Assembly: GCA_004375895.1 (NCBI GenBank)
Contig: SOJW01000020.1
Span: 1,170-65,169 of the forward strand
From: Candidatus Stahliibacteriota bacterium
GTDB taxonomy: Bacteria > Hydrothermota > Tepidihabitantia > B3-TA06
Direction: 5' to 3'
DNA length: 64,000 nt
Position numbers and translations under genes: made by a program. Positions 8,218 through 15,861 of the stretch are shown in pieces; the stretch's first letter is position 1, and every line of letters starts with the position of its first letter. Below the pieces are notes generated by a model. The model saw only the letters and a program-made list of their open reading frames with translations, was not told the origin of the DNA and did not search any database.

Positions 8218-8700
8218 ATGAAAAGGACACTTATGATTTCTGCGCTGCTTTTAATTGCTCTCGCAGGGGCAGCCCAGGCAGCGCACGCAAGCCATGGGGA
8301 CGTGGGCATCGGCTTCCAGCTTGGAGAACCAACCGGTATTACCGCCAAGTTCTGGCTTGACCGTACCAGCGCGATAGACGCGACCGTGGGCTGGAACTTG
8401 ATCAGCGACAGGTTTACCCTCCAGGCCGGGTATCTCTACCACTTCCCTCTGGATGTTCCCACAGGAGCCCTTGCCGCTTACGTTGGCGTGGGTGGATTGC
8501 TGGGCGGAGGCAGCTACCGTCCTGACCATCCCCACTATCCAGACGAGGCGTACATACTACTTGCCGGGCGCATTCCACTTGGTCTAGAGTATATCTACAG
8601 CCCGGTAAGCTTCTACGCGGAGCTTGACCCTCTTATTACCCTCTTGCCTGCAGTAGGACTCGGCTTCGGCGGAGGAATCGGCTTCAGGTTCTACTTTTAG
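8218..8700 (+). CDS. Small secreted protein, predicted outer-membrane beta-barrel
   Basis: Signal peptide MKRTLMISALLLIALAGAAQA; alternating Gly/aromatic beta-strand pattern; C-terminal GFRFYF. Confidence 0.6.
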   Translation: MKRTLMISALLLIALAGAAQAAHASHGDVGIGFQLGEPTGITAKFWLDRTSAIDATVGWNLISDRFTLQAGYLYHFPLDVPTGALAAYVGVGGLLGGGSYRPDHPHYPDEAYILLAGRIPLGLEYIYSPVSFYAELDPLITLLPAVGLGFGGGIGFRFYF

Positions 8701-8749
8701 TTAACCCCACGAAGTTGCTTCACCCGACGGGGGTGCAGGCGCACCTTCG

Positions 8750-8791
8750 CACCCAAAGGACGGGCACAAGCACCCAAAGGACGGGCACAAG
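8750..8791. repeat. Perfect 21-bp tandem duplication
   Basis: cacccaaaggacgggcacaag x2. Confidence 0.9.
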
Positions 8792-8844
8792 CGGGGACCC
8801 TGAAAATAAATACTCCTTTTGCGTAACCCTCTAAAGCATCACTC

Positions 8845-9546
8845 CTACCGCGTTACCGAATCAGGCGGCGTTATCGGGTGAGGGTCTTCCTGTGCGGAAA
8901 GTGACGATATCTCGAACGCCTGTGAAGGGGTGATCTGGGTGCCGCGATGCCTGAGGTATATCCTGGCCCAATCGTAAGGAGCTATCGTCACGTGCCAGGA
9001 GAGACCCATCTCCCAATCTTTGAAGAAGAAGAGGTAATGGGAAACGACCAGGATGTTAGGGCGTCCGGATGTTCCTGTCCAGGAGGCCTGTTCGTCTATT
9101 CCCAGTTCAGGATGGTTCTCAGCCAGCCACGGGATAAACCTGTCACGGACTTCAATAGCACTCTGTTCGTCTGTAGCGAAACCATCTACAACCGCAATCA
9201 ACACTTGCACAGTGTCGCGGTAAGAACCTCTTTCACCTTGTATGGTAACAACTACCGTGTCTTTAAGGCTCGAAGAATCAGGGATAACCGTAACCTCTGC
9301 GACCTTGTTCCCGTTTATAGGCGAATACTCTAGGAGAACCTCTGCACCCTCGGCTGAAGCCCTGATCTCTATCTCTTCTCCTCCCTCGTCTTCTTCAGGC
9401 CATGCAAGAAACACGCAGCGCCGCCCCACAAGGGCTTCCATTGTTCCAGGCACGACCTCAAGAGAGAATGCCTCATCCTTTGAACAGGCACTGAAAGAAC
9501 CTATCAAAAGGATTACGGTTACCACAAAAAGCTTTACCCTTAACAT
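8845..9546 (-). CDS. Hypothetical lipoprotein
   Basis: MLRVKLFVVTVILLIGSFSAC lipobox at internal Met; upstream ORF extension has no support. Confidence 0.6.
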   Translation of the reverse strand: MLRVKLFVVTVILLIGSFSACSKDEAFSLEVVPGTMEALVGRRCVFLAWPEEDEGGEEIEIRASAEGAEVLLEYSPINGNKVAEVTVIPDSSSLKDTVVVTIQGERGSYRDTVQVLIAVVDGFATDEQSAIEVRDRFIPWLAENHPELGIDEQASWTGTSGRPNILVVSHYLFFFKDWEMGLSWHVTIAPYDWARIYLRHRGTQITPSQAFEISSLSAQEDPHPITPPDSVTR

Positions 9547-9702
9547 ACTCTTTCTCTCCTTTCTACAAGAATTGATGCCCGCATTTCTGGACACAAAAGT
9601 CTTTATTCTCGAATTCACTCCTAATCCTGCCTTTAGAGAAGAGAGATTCAACACTCTCTAAAAATCTTCTGCGATTTTTTTGTCGAAGACAAAAAGGAGC
9701 AT

Positions 9703-9921
9703 TTACTTCCCCTTGAGGTTGGCCTCGAACCAGCGCAGGATGTGGTTCAGCCGTGCTATGCGACGGTCGGTGCGACCTGAGCGAGGAGGTTCGGGAATTT
9801 CGGCAGGATAACTCACCATCCCGGTGTGAACGCCGAGTTTCTTGCCTGCGACTTGACTCAGGGCACGTGTGGCCCGTCATATATCGCCAGGAACGAAGCG
9901 GAGAGTGATATTGCAATTCAT
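9703..9921 (-). pseudogene. Possible relic of an alpha/beta-hydrolase (S9 peptidase-like) C-terminus
   Basis: Minus frame LRFVPGDI*RATRALSQVAGKKLGVHTGMVSYPAE...RLNHILRWFEANLKGK* with an in-frame TGA. Confidence 0.3.
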
Positions 9922-9933
9922 CCATCCTAGCAC

Positions 9934-10686
9934 TCACTTCAAAGGCTTGGTGCCTATCAGGATGGGGACTTCCGGATAATTGGGATCGTCTAACTTGAGG
10001 TTTGCAAGCGTTACCTCAAAGCCCACCTTCTTTGCAAGATCAATCCAGGTTGCAAGATGGAATATCCCCAGAAGATGGCGGTCTGCTTCGATCGCAAGAT
10101 CGCCTCCGCGCCGGATCAGGAATATGAAGGTGGCTTCAAAGGTGGTATCTCGCGGATCAGGATCGTACTGATTCTCTATAAGGGTTATCTCTACCCCGCC
10201 CTTGGTGTGGGTTGAGACCGTGGTCTTGTTCTGTTTGAAGCGCTCCGGGGTCTCTTCTTCCATGTAGGTGAGGAACACCCCGCCTGGATTCAGATGAACG
10301 TAAGCGGTCTGGAACGCGGCGCGGAGATCCTCAACCGTGAGCATGTAGGAGATTGAATCGAAGATGGTCACCGCGTCAAAGGTCTTACCTAATCTGACCG
10401 AACGCATATCGCCGGATAGATATGTGACTTCGGGATTGAGTTTTTTTGCCCCCTCGAGCATCTGTGAGCTTACGTCAACGCCGGTGATTTCAAAGTAGCG
10501 CTTCAAGGTAAAGTCGTTGTGCCCGCCGCCGCAGCCCAGATCGAGTAAGGTTTTAACCTCTATCTTTGAGTGTTTGATGATCAGATCGCGGAACTTCTTT
10601 GACTCCTCTATATAGTCCTCAGGCGGGCTGATTATGGGCCAGGTCCATGCAAGGTCATTGTATAGCCTGTTCTTGTTCTTATCCAT
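9934..10686 (-). CDS. Class I SAM-dependent methyltransferase
   Basis: Motif I LLDLGCGGGHND; acidic loop ITGVDVS; typical ~250-aa size. Confidence 0.85.
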   Translation of the reverse strand: MDKNKNRLYNDLAWTWPIISPPEDYIEESKKFRDLIIKHSKIEVKTLLDLGCGGGHNDFTLKRYFEITGVDVSSQMLEGAKKLNPEVTYLSGDMRSVRLGKTFDAVTIFDSISYMLTVEDLRAAFQTAYVHLNPGGVFLTYMEEETPERFKQNKTTVSTHTKGGVEITLIENQYDPDPRDTTFEATFIFLIRRGGDLAIEADRHLLGIFHLATWIDLAKKVGFEVTLANLKLDDPNYPEVPILIGTKPLK

Positions 10687-10707
10687 TTCCCATCCAAGGC
10701 ACAGACC

Positions 10708-10826
10708 GTGGAGGATACCCTCTCAGGGTGTTCCTTCTCAGGGTCCCAATATGTCATCCCTGCGGGATGACATGGGCAGGCTGAGAGCCTACCCTCCATA
10801 AGTCCGTTCTCCATATTAAAAGAAGG
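10708..10826 (+). repeat. REP-like repeat copy 1
   Basis: gtggaggatacc[ctctcagggtgt insertion]ccttctcagggtcccaatATGTCATCCCTGCGGGATGACATgggcagg... Confidence 0.9.
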
Positions 10827-10858
10827 TTTTCTTCCGATATTCCGCATACTCCGGGTAA

Positions 10859-11353
10859 TCATTCCTCACCCTCAACCCAAGCCCTCCATAGCCAGGGATA
10901 ATCATCAACCTTTTTCACCAGGCCTTTTCTGACTGGATTGGCACAGATGTATTCGACCTTGCTTTCGGCATGTTCATAGGAACGCAGGATGCGGTCAAAG
11001 TATTCCTTCTGCCACACCTTACCTTCCCTGCCTAACGCTCTATTGATACTGCGGGCTGAAGCTCCTTTTATCCCCTGCATAATCTCTGCTAGGCCGTAGG
11101 TGACGCCTTGATCATCCTTCAATGGAGTAATAATCATATGGACATGGTCAGGCATAACGACAACACCGTGAAGAAAAAACTTTTTCCCGTGGTCGTGCAG
11201 GCAGTGTTTAATAACCAGATGCCGAACTGATTCGGGAAGTATCCAGCGTTTGAAAGTTGAAAAGGTTACAAAAAGGGATTTCCCTTCTCTCTGCAGATGG
11301 GGCAGCTTCCGGCAGTAGCTTTCTTTAGCAGGTTTTGCAGACGGTCGTTTCAT
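10859..11353 (-). CDS. REP-associated tyrosine transposase (IS200/IS605 Y1 HUH family, RAYT-like)
   Basis: HUH motif MPDHVHMII; catalytic-Tyr helix VEYICANPVRKGL; 164 aa; no TnpB partner. Confidence 0.8.
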   Translation of the reverse strand: MKRPSAKPAKESYCRKLPHLQREGKSLFVTFSTFKRWILPESVRHLVIKHCLHDHGKKFFLHGVVVMPDHVHMIITPLKDDQGVTYGLAEIMQGIKGASARSINRALGREGKVWQKEYFDRILRSYEHAESKVEYICANPVRKGLVKKVDDYPWLWRAWVEGEE

Positions 11354-11370
11354 TTTCTAATCCTTTCCCC

Positions 11371-11475
11371 GTGGAGGATACCTTCTCAGGGTCCCAATAT
11401 GTCATCCCTGCGGGATGACATGGGCAGGCTGAGAGCCTACCCTCCATAAGTCCGTTCTCCATATTAAAAGAAGGA
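11371..11475 (+). repeat. REP-like repeat copy 2
   Basis: Same orientation and sequence as copy 1, without the 12-13 nt insertion. Confidence 0.9.
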
Positions 11476-11799
11476 CCGAGTAGATGCCGGTGGTCACCAG
11501 CTTACCCCTCTCTTGGCAAGGTCCGAGTAGATGAAAAGACCAAGGCCTATTACGAACATCCCGGCCCCGATGTAGCGCGGCCAACCGATGAAGACCATCT
11601 TCACCGGATCGGAAAGACTCATGAACCCCCAAGCCGCCCACATGAGGAACATAACAATCATAATGAGAGCGAAAACCCCTCTGCTCTTCCCTTCCCCGGG
11701 CCGGCGGCGCATGAGAATGTAGTAAACGTTGCGGGTAACCGAGGTGGCAAGCCAGACTGCGAAAGCCGCAAAGAACCATGGGGTGATCTCTATGGACAT
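11476..11799 (-). pseudogene. ICMT/PEMT-family membrane methyltransferase, frameshifted and truncated at the REP repeat
   Basis: GGAGGAG SD + ATG 11799; TM N-terminus in one frame; family motif KLVTTGIYSV in the adjacent frame runs into the repeat where RHPxY should follow. Confidence 0.5.
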
Positions 11800-11974
11800 G
11801 ATTTCTCCTCCATCTAAAGGAATAGCAGGTTTATTAACGATTATACTGAGGATCATAAGAAATTCACCCTTCCCCTTAATCCCCTTACCCTATGGGGTGC
11901 AGTAAAATTGGCACCCCAAGGGGCACGCTGCCCACCAGGGGAGGGGAATTGCTGTTTCCAGCTCAAGCGTAAGG

Positions 11975-12020
11975 TTCTCCTCCCCCTTGACGGGGGAGGG
12001 TTAGGGTGGGGGTGAATAAA
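11975..12020 (+). repeat. GC-rich CCCTTGACGGGGGAGGG-TAGGG module, copy 1
   Basis: cctcccccttgacgggggagggttagggtgggggtgaa; second copy at 12395..12445. Confidence 0.75.
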
Positions 12021-12124
12021 AACGCCCTGTCCGGTTTTACTTACCCGGTAAACCATACCTGAAAAGAGTTCATGTTAATTCAGTCTACTGGGATGAGGTG
12101 GGGTGTCAACCAATTCCTTCCCTA

Positions 12125-12255
12125 GTCATCGCGAGGCTGTCGCAGACAGCCGTGGCGATCTCATAGCACTAGCTTTGAACGGCCACTACCTGCTATGAGA
12201 TTGCTCCCTGCGTTCGCCCTCCGGTGCTTCGTCTCCTTCGGAGACTCGCAATGAC
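12125..12255. repeat. ~130-bp palindromic element
   Basis: Outer GTCATCGCGAG / CTCGCAATGAC and inner GCGATCTCATAGCA / TGCTATGAGATTGC inverted repeats; each arm has its own small hairpin. Confidence 0.75.
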
Positions 12256-12394
12256 AATAAAAAGAAATAAAAACGGGCCGACTTGAAAGTCGGCCCCTAC
12301 GAGGTTATTATTCAATGCTTTCGGGTTGGAACAGGCTTTTGAACAGACACGATGTATTGACCATGGACAGAGATAATCGAATACTACCGCCTCA

Positions 12395-12445
12395 TCCTTA
12401 ATATACCCCTCCCTTGACGGGAGGGGGTAGGGGGAGGGTGAATTA
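12395..12445 (+). repeat. GC-rich CCCTTGACGGGAGGGGGTAGGG module, copy 2
   Basis: cccctcccttgacgggagggggtagggggagggtgaa. Confidence 0.75.
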
Positions 12446-12585
12446 ACAACAGCGGGCCGACCTAACGCTTGTGCCCCCGTCGGGTACGAAGCGGACGCCA
12501 TAGGCGTCAACGTCGGCCCCTACATTTTTCGCTCACCCCACACAGCTGCTACGCATCGTCGCGGGGACCCCGTAAGGGTGTCCAG

Positions 12586-12630
12586 CTTTTGACCAGCTTT
12601 TGACCAGTATTTGGGGAGTTTTTGTCACCC
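12586..12630 (+). repeat. Two 11-bp CTTTTGACCAG units plus an inverted, degenerate boundary box
   Basis: cttttgaccag x2, then tatttggggagtttttgtcaccc, resembling the reverse complement of TTGCCAAAAATACCCCGAAA. Confidence 0.6.
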
Positions 12631-12643
12631 TTTTTCTGAGACT

Positions 12644-13798
12644 TCAAAACAGCTGAACCCCTGCCGAGAATCCAGCCCAGATGCGGGTCCAGGTATTGCC
12701 GGAGCGGCCCTCATAAAGAGCAAGATCAAAGATGGGTATATCCGAACCGTCCTCCTCGGTGGAGACCCAGACGTTAATGGTCGGGCCTGCGGTTACGGCA
12801 AGCTTGGGGCTAATCTGCCAACCGGCGGTAATGCGCAGCTTGTTGAGCATGTTGAGTCCTTCCTGACTCCAGAATATCAGCCCTTCTGAGACATTGTAAC
12901 CCACAGCGTCGATATCGAGGAAGAACGGATCGGCCGGTATGTGTCCGCCGATCCCCAGTCCCAGCCTGCTTCTGAGAGGTGAACCCAGCGGCTGCAGTCC
13001 GACGGCATAAACGTTGTAGACGTGCTTGGAGCCGAGCTTTATACCCACGTTGAGAAGTGAGCTTTCATCCGTCCAGGCGTTAACGTGGAACTGCCCGTTC
13101 TTGACGATGCTGACGATGCCGATAGGTACGCCGTCGTGATCGGTGGCTACGTTAACCACGCCCAGCTGCAGGCCACGGGCGTGCCCCGCGATGTTAACCA
13201 CACCCGCCTGCGTGTACGTCTCGCCAAGCGCAATGTTAACCACACCTATCTGGACGGTACTGTTCCTGCCTACCATATTCCCGGCACCGGCAATCTGCAC
13301 TCCGGTTACGTCACCCAAGGCGAAGTTCATCACTCCGGCAAGTTGCAGCCCTGTGACATGGGTAAGTGTAATGTTTGCCACTCCGGCGAGCTGTGCACCC
13401 TCAAAGTCGCCTCGAACCACATTAGTTACGCCTGCGATTTGGGCAACACTGAATTCTCCACCGACAACGTCAATTAAGCCTGCGATCTGTAAGCCGGCCA
13501 CGTCGCCGCCTGCGAAGTTGCCCACACCTGCGGCTTGAAAACCTGTGACGTGACCCTTATCTATGTTTAATACAGAGCCTATCTCGCAGCCCTCGATGTT
13601 ACCGATAAGACCTCCGATTATGTTAAGCGAGAAGTTAGAAGTAACGTGAGTGTAGGGTGGACCATTCGAACCAAAGCCGGGAACGAACGAAACGGATACA
13701 GGCCTGTGGACAGGCTCGGCTTGGGCTGAGATCACCGACGGCATGAAAAGCGCCATGATACTGACGACTAAGATACAAATCCTTTCTGAGTTGCGCAT
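12644..13798 (-). CDS. Secreted repeat protein (LA_2272-like AGxxNxAxGxVxGxQxAG repeats) with beta-barrel-like C-terminus
   Basis: GGAGGAG SD + ATG 13798; signal peptide ...MPSVISAQA; about 10 tandem repeats, e.g. GLQIAGLIDVVGGEFSVAQIAGVTNVVRGDFEGAQLAGVANI. Confidence 0.7.
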   Translation of the reverse strand: MRNSERICILVVSIMALFMPSVISAQAEPVHRPVSVSFVPGFGSNGPPYTHVTSNFSLNIIGGLIGNIEGCEIGSVLNIDKGHVTGFQAAGVGNFAGGDVAGLQIAGLIDVVGGEFSVAQIAGVTNVVRGDFEGAQLAGVANITLTHVTGLQLAGVMNFALGDVTGVQIAGAGNMVGRNSTVQIGVVNIALGETYTQAGVVNIAGHARGLQLGVVNVATDHDGVPIGIVSIVKNGQFHVNAWTDESSLLNVGIKLGSKHVYNVYAVGLQPLGSPLRSRLGLGIGGHIPADPFFLDIDAVGYNVSEGLIFWSQEGLNMLNKLRITAGWQISPKLAVTAGPTINVWVSTEEDGSDIPIFDLALYEGRSGNTWTRIWAGFSAGVQLF

Positions 13799-13811
13799 AA
13801 AACTCCTCCTT

Positions 13812-13843
13812 GTGATCTTTTGCGCGAAGCGCAAAAGGAGCAT
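13812..13843 (-). repeat. ATGCTCCTTTT-hairpin-AAAAGATC element copy in a 5' UTR
   Basis: Minus strand ATGCTCCTTTTGCGCttcGCGCAAAAGATCAC, between promoter 13938..13965 and ATG 13798. Confidence 0.7.
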
Positions 13844-13937
13844 TGAAAACATTTGCTCCTCCTTTTGAGGACTGAACTTAAACTCTCTTGAAAGGGGCAC
13901 TCAATCTACGAAAGTAGTGCCATCCTAACTAAATAGA

Positions 13938-13965
13938 ATTATAGCTGAGACCGCGGGGGTGTCAA
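13938..13965 (-). promoter_or_regulatory. Consensus sigma-70 promoter of the repeat-protein gene
   Basis: Minus strand TTGACA-16 nt-TATAAT; the -35 lies in a GTGTCAAATG motif copy. Confidence 0.65.
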
Positions 13966-14076
13966 ATGTGGGATGGATAAAAGAACGCTGGTCGAGCGGG
14001 TGCCTGTGCCATAGAGGGGGAAGCCCGCTGCCGATACGATGCTTCCGACGGACGCCAATCGAGTCGGCAGGCGTCC

Positions 14077-14104
14077 TTGACAGGGTAAAGCTAACGGCTA
14101 TACT
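14077..14104 (+). promoter_or_regulatory. Sigma-70 promoter with no obvious downstream gene
   Basis: TTGACA-16 nt-TATACT; only 14-aa and 28-aa mini-ORFs follow. Confidence 0.5.
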
Positions 14105-14366
14105 CTGGTTGTCGTGATGAAAAAGCTAGCACAGACCTCTATAGATGAAGGTGCAAGGTGAGAAGAGTATTGTATCGGGGGGCTATTTTGTTGATGGCAA
14201 CCATTGCCCTCTCAAGTTGTTCGCGGGTAACATCGTCTCGATAATCAAAAAGTTATGATAGATACCTCCCTGACTACCGAACCCATACTAGAAACAAGAT
14301 AATTCAGGTTTTAGCGTCTGCGACCACCCCGGCAACTATCTCTCGACTCAAGAACGACCAAAGTAG

Positions 14367-14395
14367 TTGACAGCCCTGCTAAGTTCGTGTATAGT
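14367..14395 (+). promoter_or_regulatory. Sigma-70 promoter of the Roadblock/GTPase cluster
   Basis: TTGACA-17 nt-TATAGT; AAGGAGG SD before ATG 14426. Confidence 0.65.
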
Positions 14396-14425
14396 TCGTT
14401 TTAATGAAGAACTCAAGGAGGCAAC

Positions 14426-14893
14426 ATGCCTGGACTTAAGGATGAATTGCAAGAAGTGCTAACCCACCTCAACCGATCGGCGCCTGAGATAAAATCTTCG
14501 GCGTTCGTGAGCCTTGATGGACTCATGCTGGCCTCGGCCCTGCCTAGCAGCACTGATGAAGACGCAATCGCCGCTATGAGTGCCACTGTCCTGGGATTGG
14601 GTGAGCGTACAACCAAGGAGTTCGCGGTAGGTGAGCTGGAACAGGTCTACTTCAAAGGCGGCGGAGGCTACATAATACTTCAGGCTGCAGGGGATGACGG
14701 CGTCCTGGTAGCGGTTACAGACGAATCCGCCAAGCTGGGGATACTGTTTCTTTTGCTTTCCAGGACAGCAGAGGAGATTCGCATCATAGTTAATCGAGCT
14801 ATAGCCCCGAAGGTCCCTTCCCCCCCGCCACAGCCTGAAGATAGGTCATCCGGGCCTGCTACAGGCCAATCACCATCCCAGTGGAGCCCCTGA
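14426..14893 (+). CDS. Roadblock/LC7 (MglB/CvnB-like) protein with Pro-rich tail
   Basis: SAFVSLDGLMLAS...AAMSATVLGLGER...VYFKGGGGYIILQAAGDDGVLVAV is the Roadblock/LC7 fold pattern. Confidence 0.8.
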   Translation: MPGLKDELQEVLTHLNRSAPEIKSSAFVSLDGLMLASALPSSTDEDAIAAMSATVLGLGERTTKEFAVGELEQVYFKGGGGYIILQAAGDDGVLVAVTDESAKLGILFLLLSRTAEEIRIIVNRAIAPKVPSPPPQPEDRSSGPATGQSPSQWSP

Positions 14894-14985
14894 GTTTAGC
14901 GATGCCAGAGGATTTGAACAACAAGAAGAACACAGGACAACCCAAACTTAATATGGGGAGTGGCGCGCTGAGTAACCTCTTGTAG

Positions 14986-15270
14986 ATGACAGACGAATTG
15001 AGGGTTTACACGTGTCTCTTAGTTGAGAACTCCGGGAGGAAGGATTGCTGCATCATGATGCCTCGAGAAGGGGAGTGTGTTCCTACAAGGGGTGGGCTGC
15101 CATTCTGGAACCGTTTGCTGGCTCGAGGGCCGGTGGAGCGTGAAGGACTCAAACACTACCTGATATGCCTCATCGGTATTCAACCTCTCACCTCGGTCTA
15201 CTGTCCTTCAGGCATCCCTCGCCGCGTAAATAAAGGGGCGATCAATCTTGTTTCAGGAGAAAGCAAATGA
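14986..15270 (+). CDS. Hypothetical Cys-rich 94-aa ORF (coding status uncertain)
   Basis: Stop overlaps the GTPase start (ATGA); weak SD; occupies the position of CvnC/DUF742 in conservons but has no DUF742 motif. Confidence 0.3.
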   Translation: MTDELRVYTCLLVENSGRKDCCIMMPREGECVPTRGGLPFWNRLLARGPVEREGLKHYLICLIGIQPLTSVYCPSGIPRRVNKGAINLVSGESK

Positions 15271-15797
15271 AGCTTGCAAAGGTTGTAATAGTGGGTAAGG
15301 ACGAAGCAGGGAAATCAACGCTTGTGCAAAACATCGTTCCGGGGGCCATTAACATCGAGCGTCACGGTCGCACCATAGCGTTGGATTACGGCAATCGAGA
15401 ACATCTAGGTTGCAAGCTACACCTTTTCGGCACCCCGGGTCAGGCTCGTTTTCGCATAGTGCGCGACGTAGTGGCAAGGGGGATGGACGTGGCGGTGTGG
15501 GTCTTGGATTACTCCAGGCGATTCGACGATCGTGATAAAGAGATCCTTGAGTTTCTCAGCGAGTCAAAGGTTCCCTTTATCGTGTTCGCCAACATAAAGC
15601 CGGGGGTACAGAAGGAACGCCGCCGGGTTACCCGGCTTATAGGAGAGCCCGAGGGACTCAAGGACATAATTATCGGATCGGCCAAGTCCGGCTTCCGTGT
15701 GACCGAGCTCCTTGACGAGATCGTCAGCGTTCTTGAGACACTGGATGACCCTAGAAACCGGGAGGAAGCACTGAAGAAATCCGCTTCCAACCGATAA
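15267..15797 (+). CDS. Small Ras-like GTPase, CvnD/MglA-like (COG2229-type)
   Basis: P-loop GKDEAGKST; switch II LHLFGTPGQARF as in conservon CvnD; no canonical NKxD (ANIKPG at that position). Confidence 0.75.
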   Translation: MKLAKVVIVGKDEAGKSTLVQNIVPGAINIERHGRTIALDYGNREHLGCKLHLFGTPGQARFRIVRDVVARGMDVAVWVLDYSRRFDDRDKEILEFLSESKVPFIVFANIKPGVQKERRRVTRLIGEPEGLKDIIIGSAKSGFRVTELLDEIVSVLETLDDPRNREEALKKSASNR

Positions 15798-15861
15798 CTA
15801 GAAAGCAAGGGTTATCCAGAAGGAGGCGAGGGGAGATCGCCTGCAAGAATAAGCAATAGGT

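Larger units (their letters stand above)
10708..11475 (-). mobile_element. RAYT gene flanked by two direct copies of a ~105-nt hairpin repeat (REPtron-like unit)
   Basis: 10733..10826 and 11381..11474 are identical over 94 nt; each holds the palindrome ATGTCATCCCtgcGGGATGACAT. Confidence 0.8.

Noticed and set aside
8701-8844. Possible small RNA or gene between the OM-protein and lipoprotein genes
   Set aside because: The region contains only a 21-bp tandem duplication and a CCCCACGAAGT hairpin module shared with other spacers, between convergent genes. It is most simply terminator or repeat debris.
11853-12510. ORFs 11853..12056 and 12193..12510 as genes
   Set aside because: Their translations (for example HPHPNPPPSRGRR) are read-throughs of GC-rich intergenic repeat modules and palindromes. 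They have no SD and no coding periodicity.
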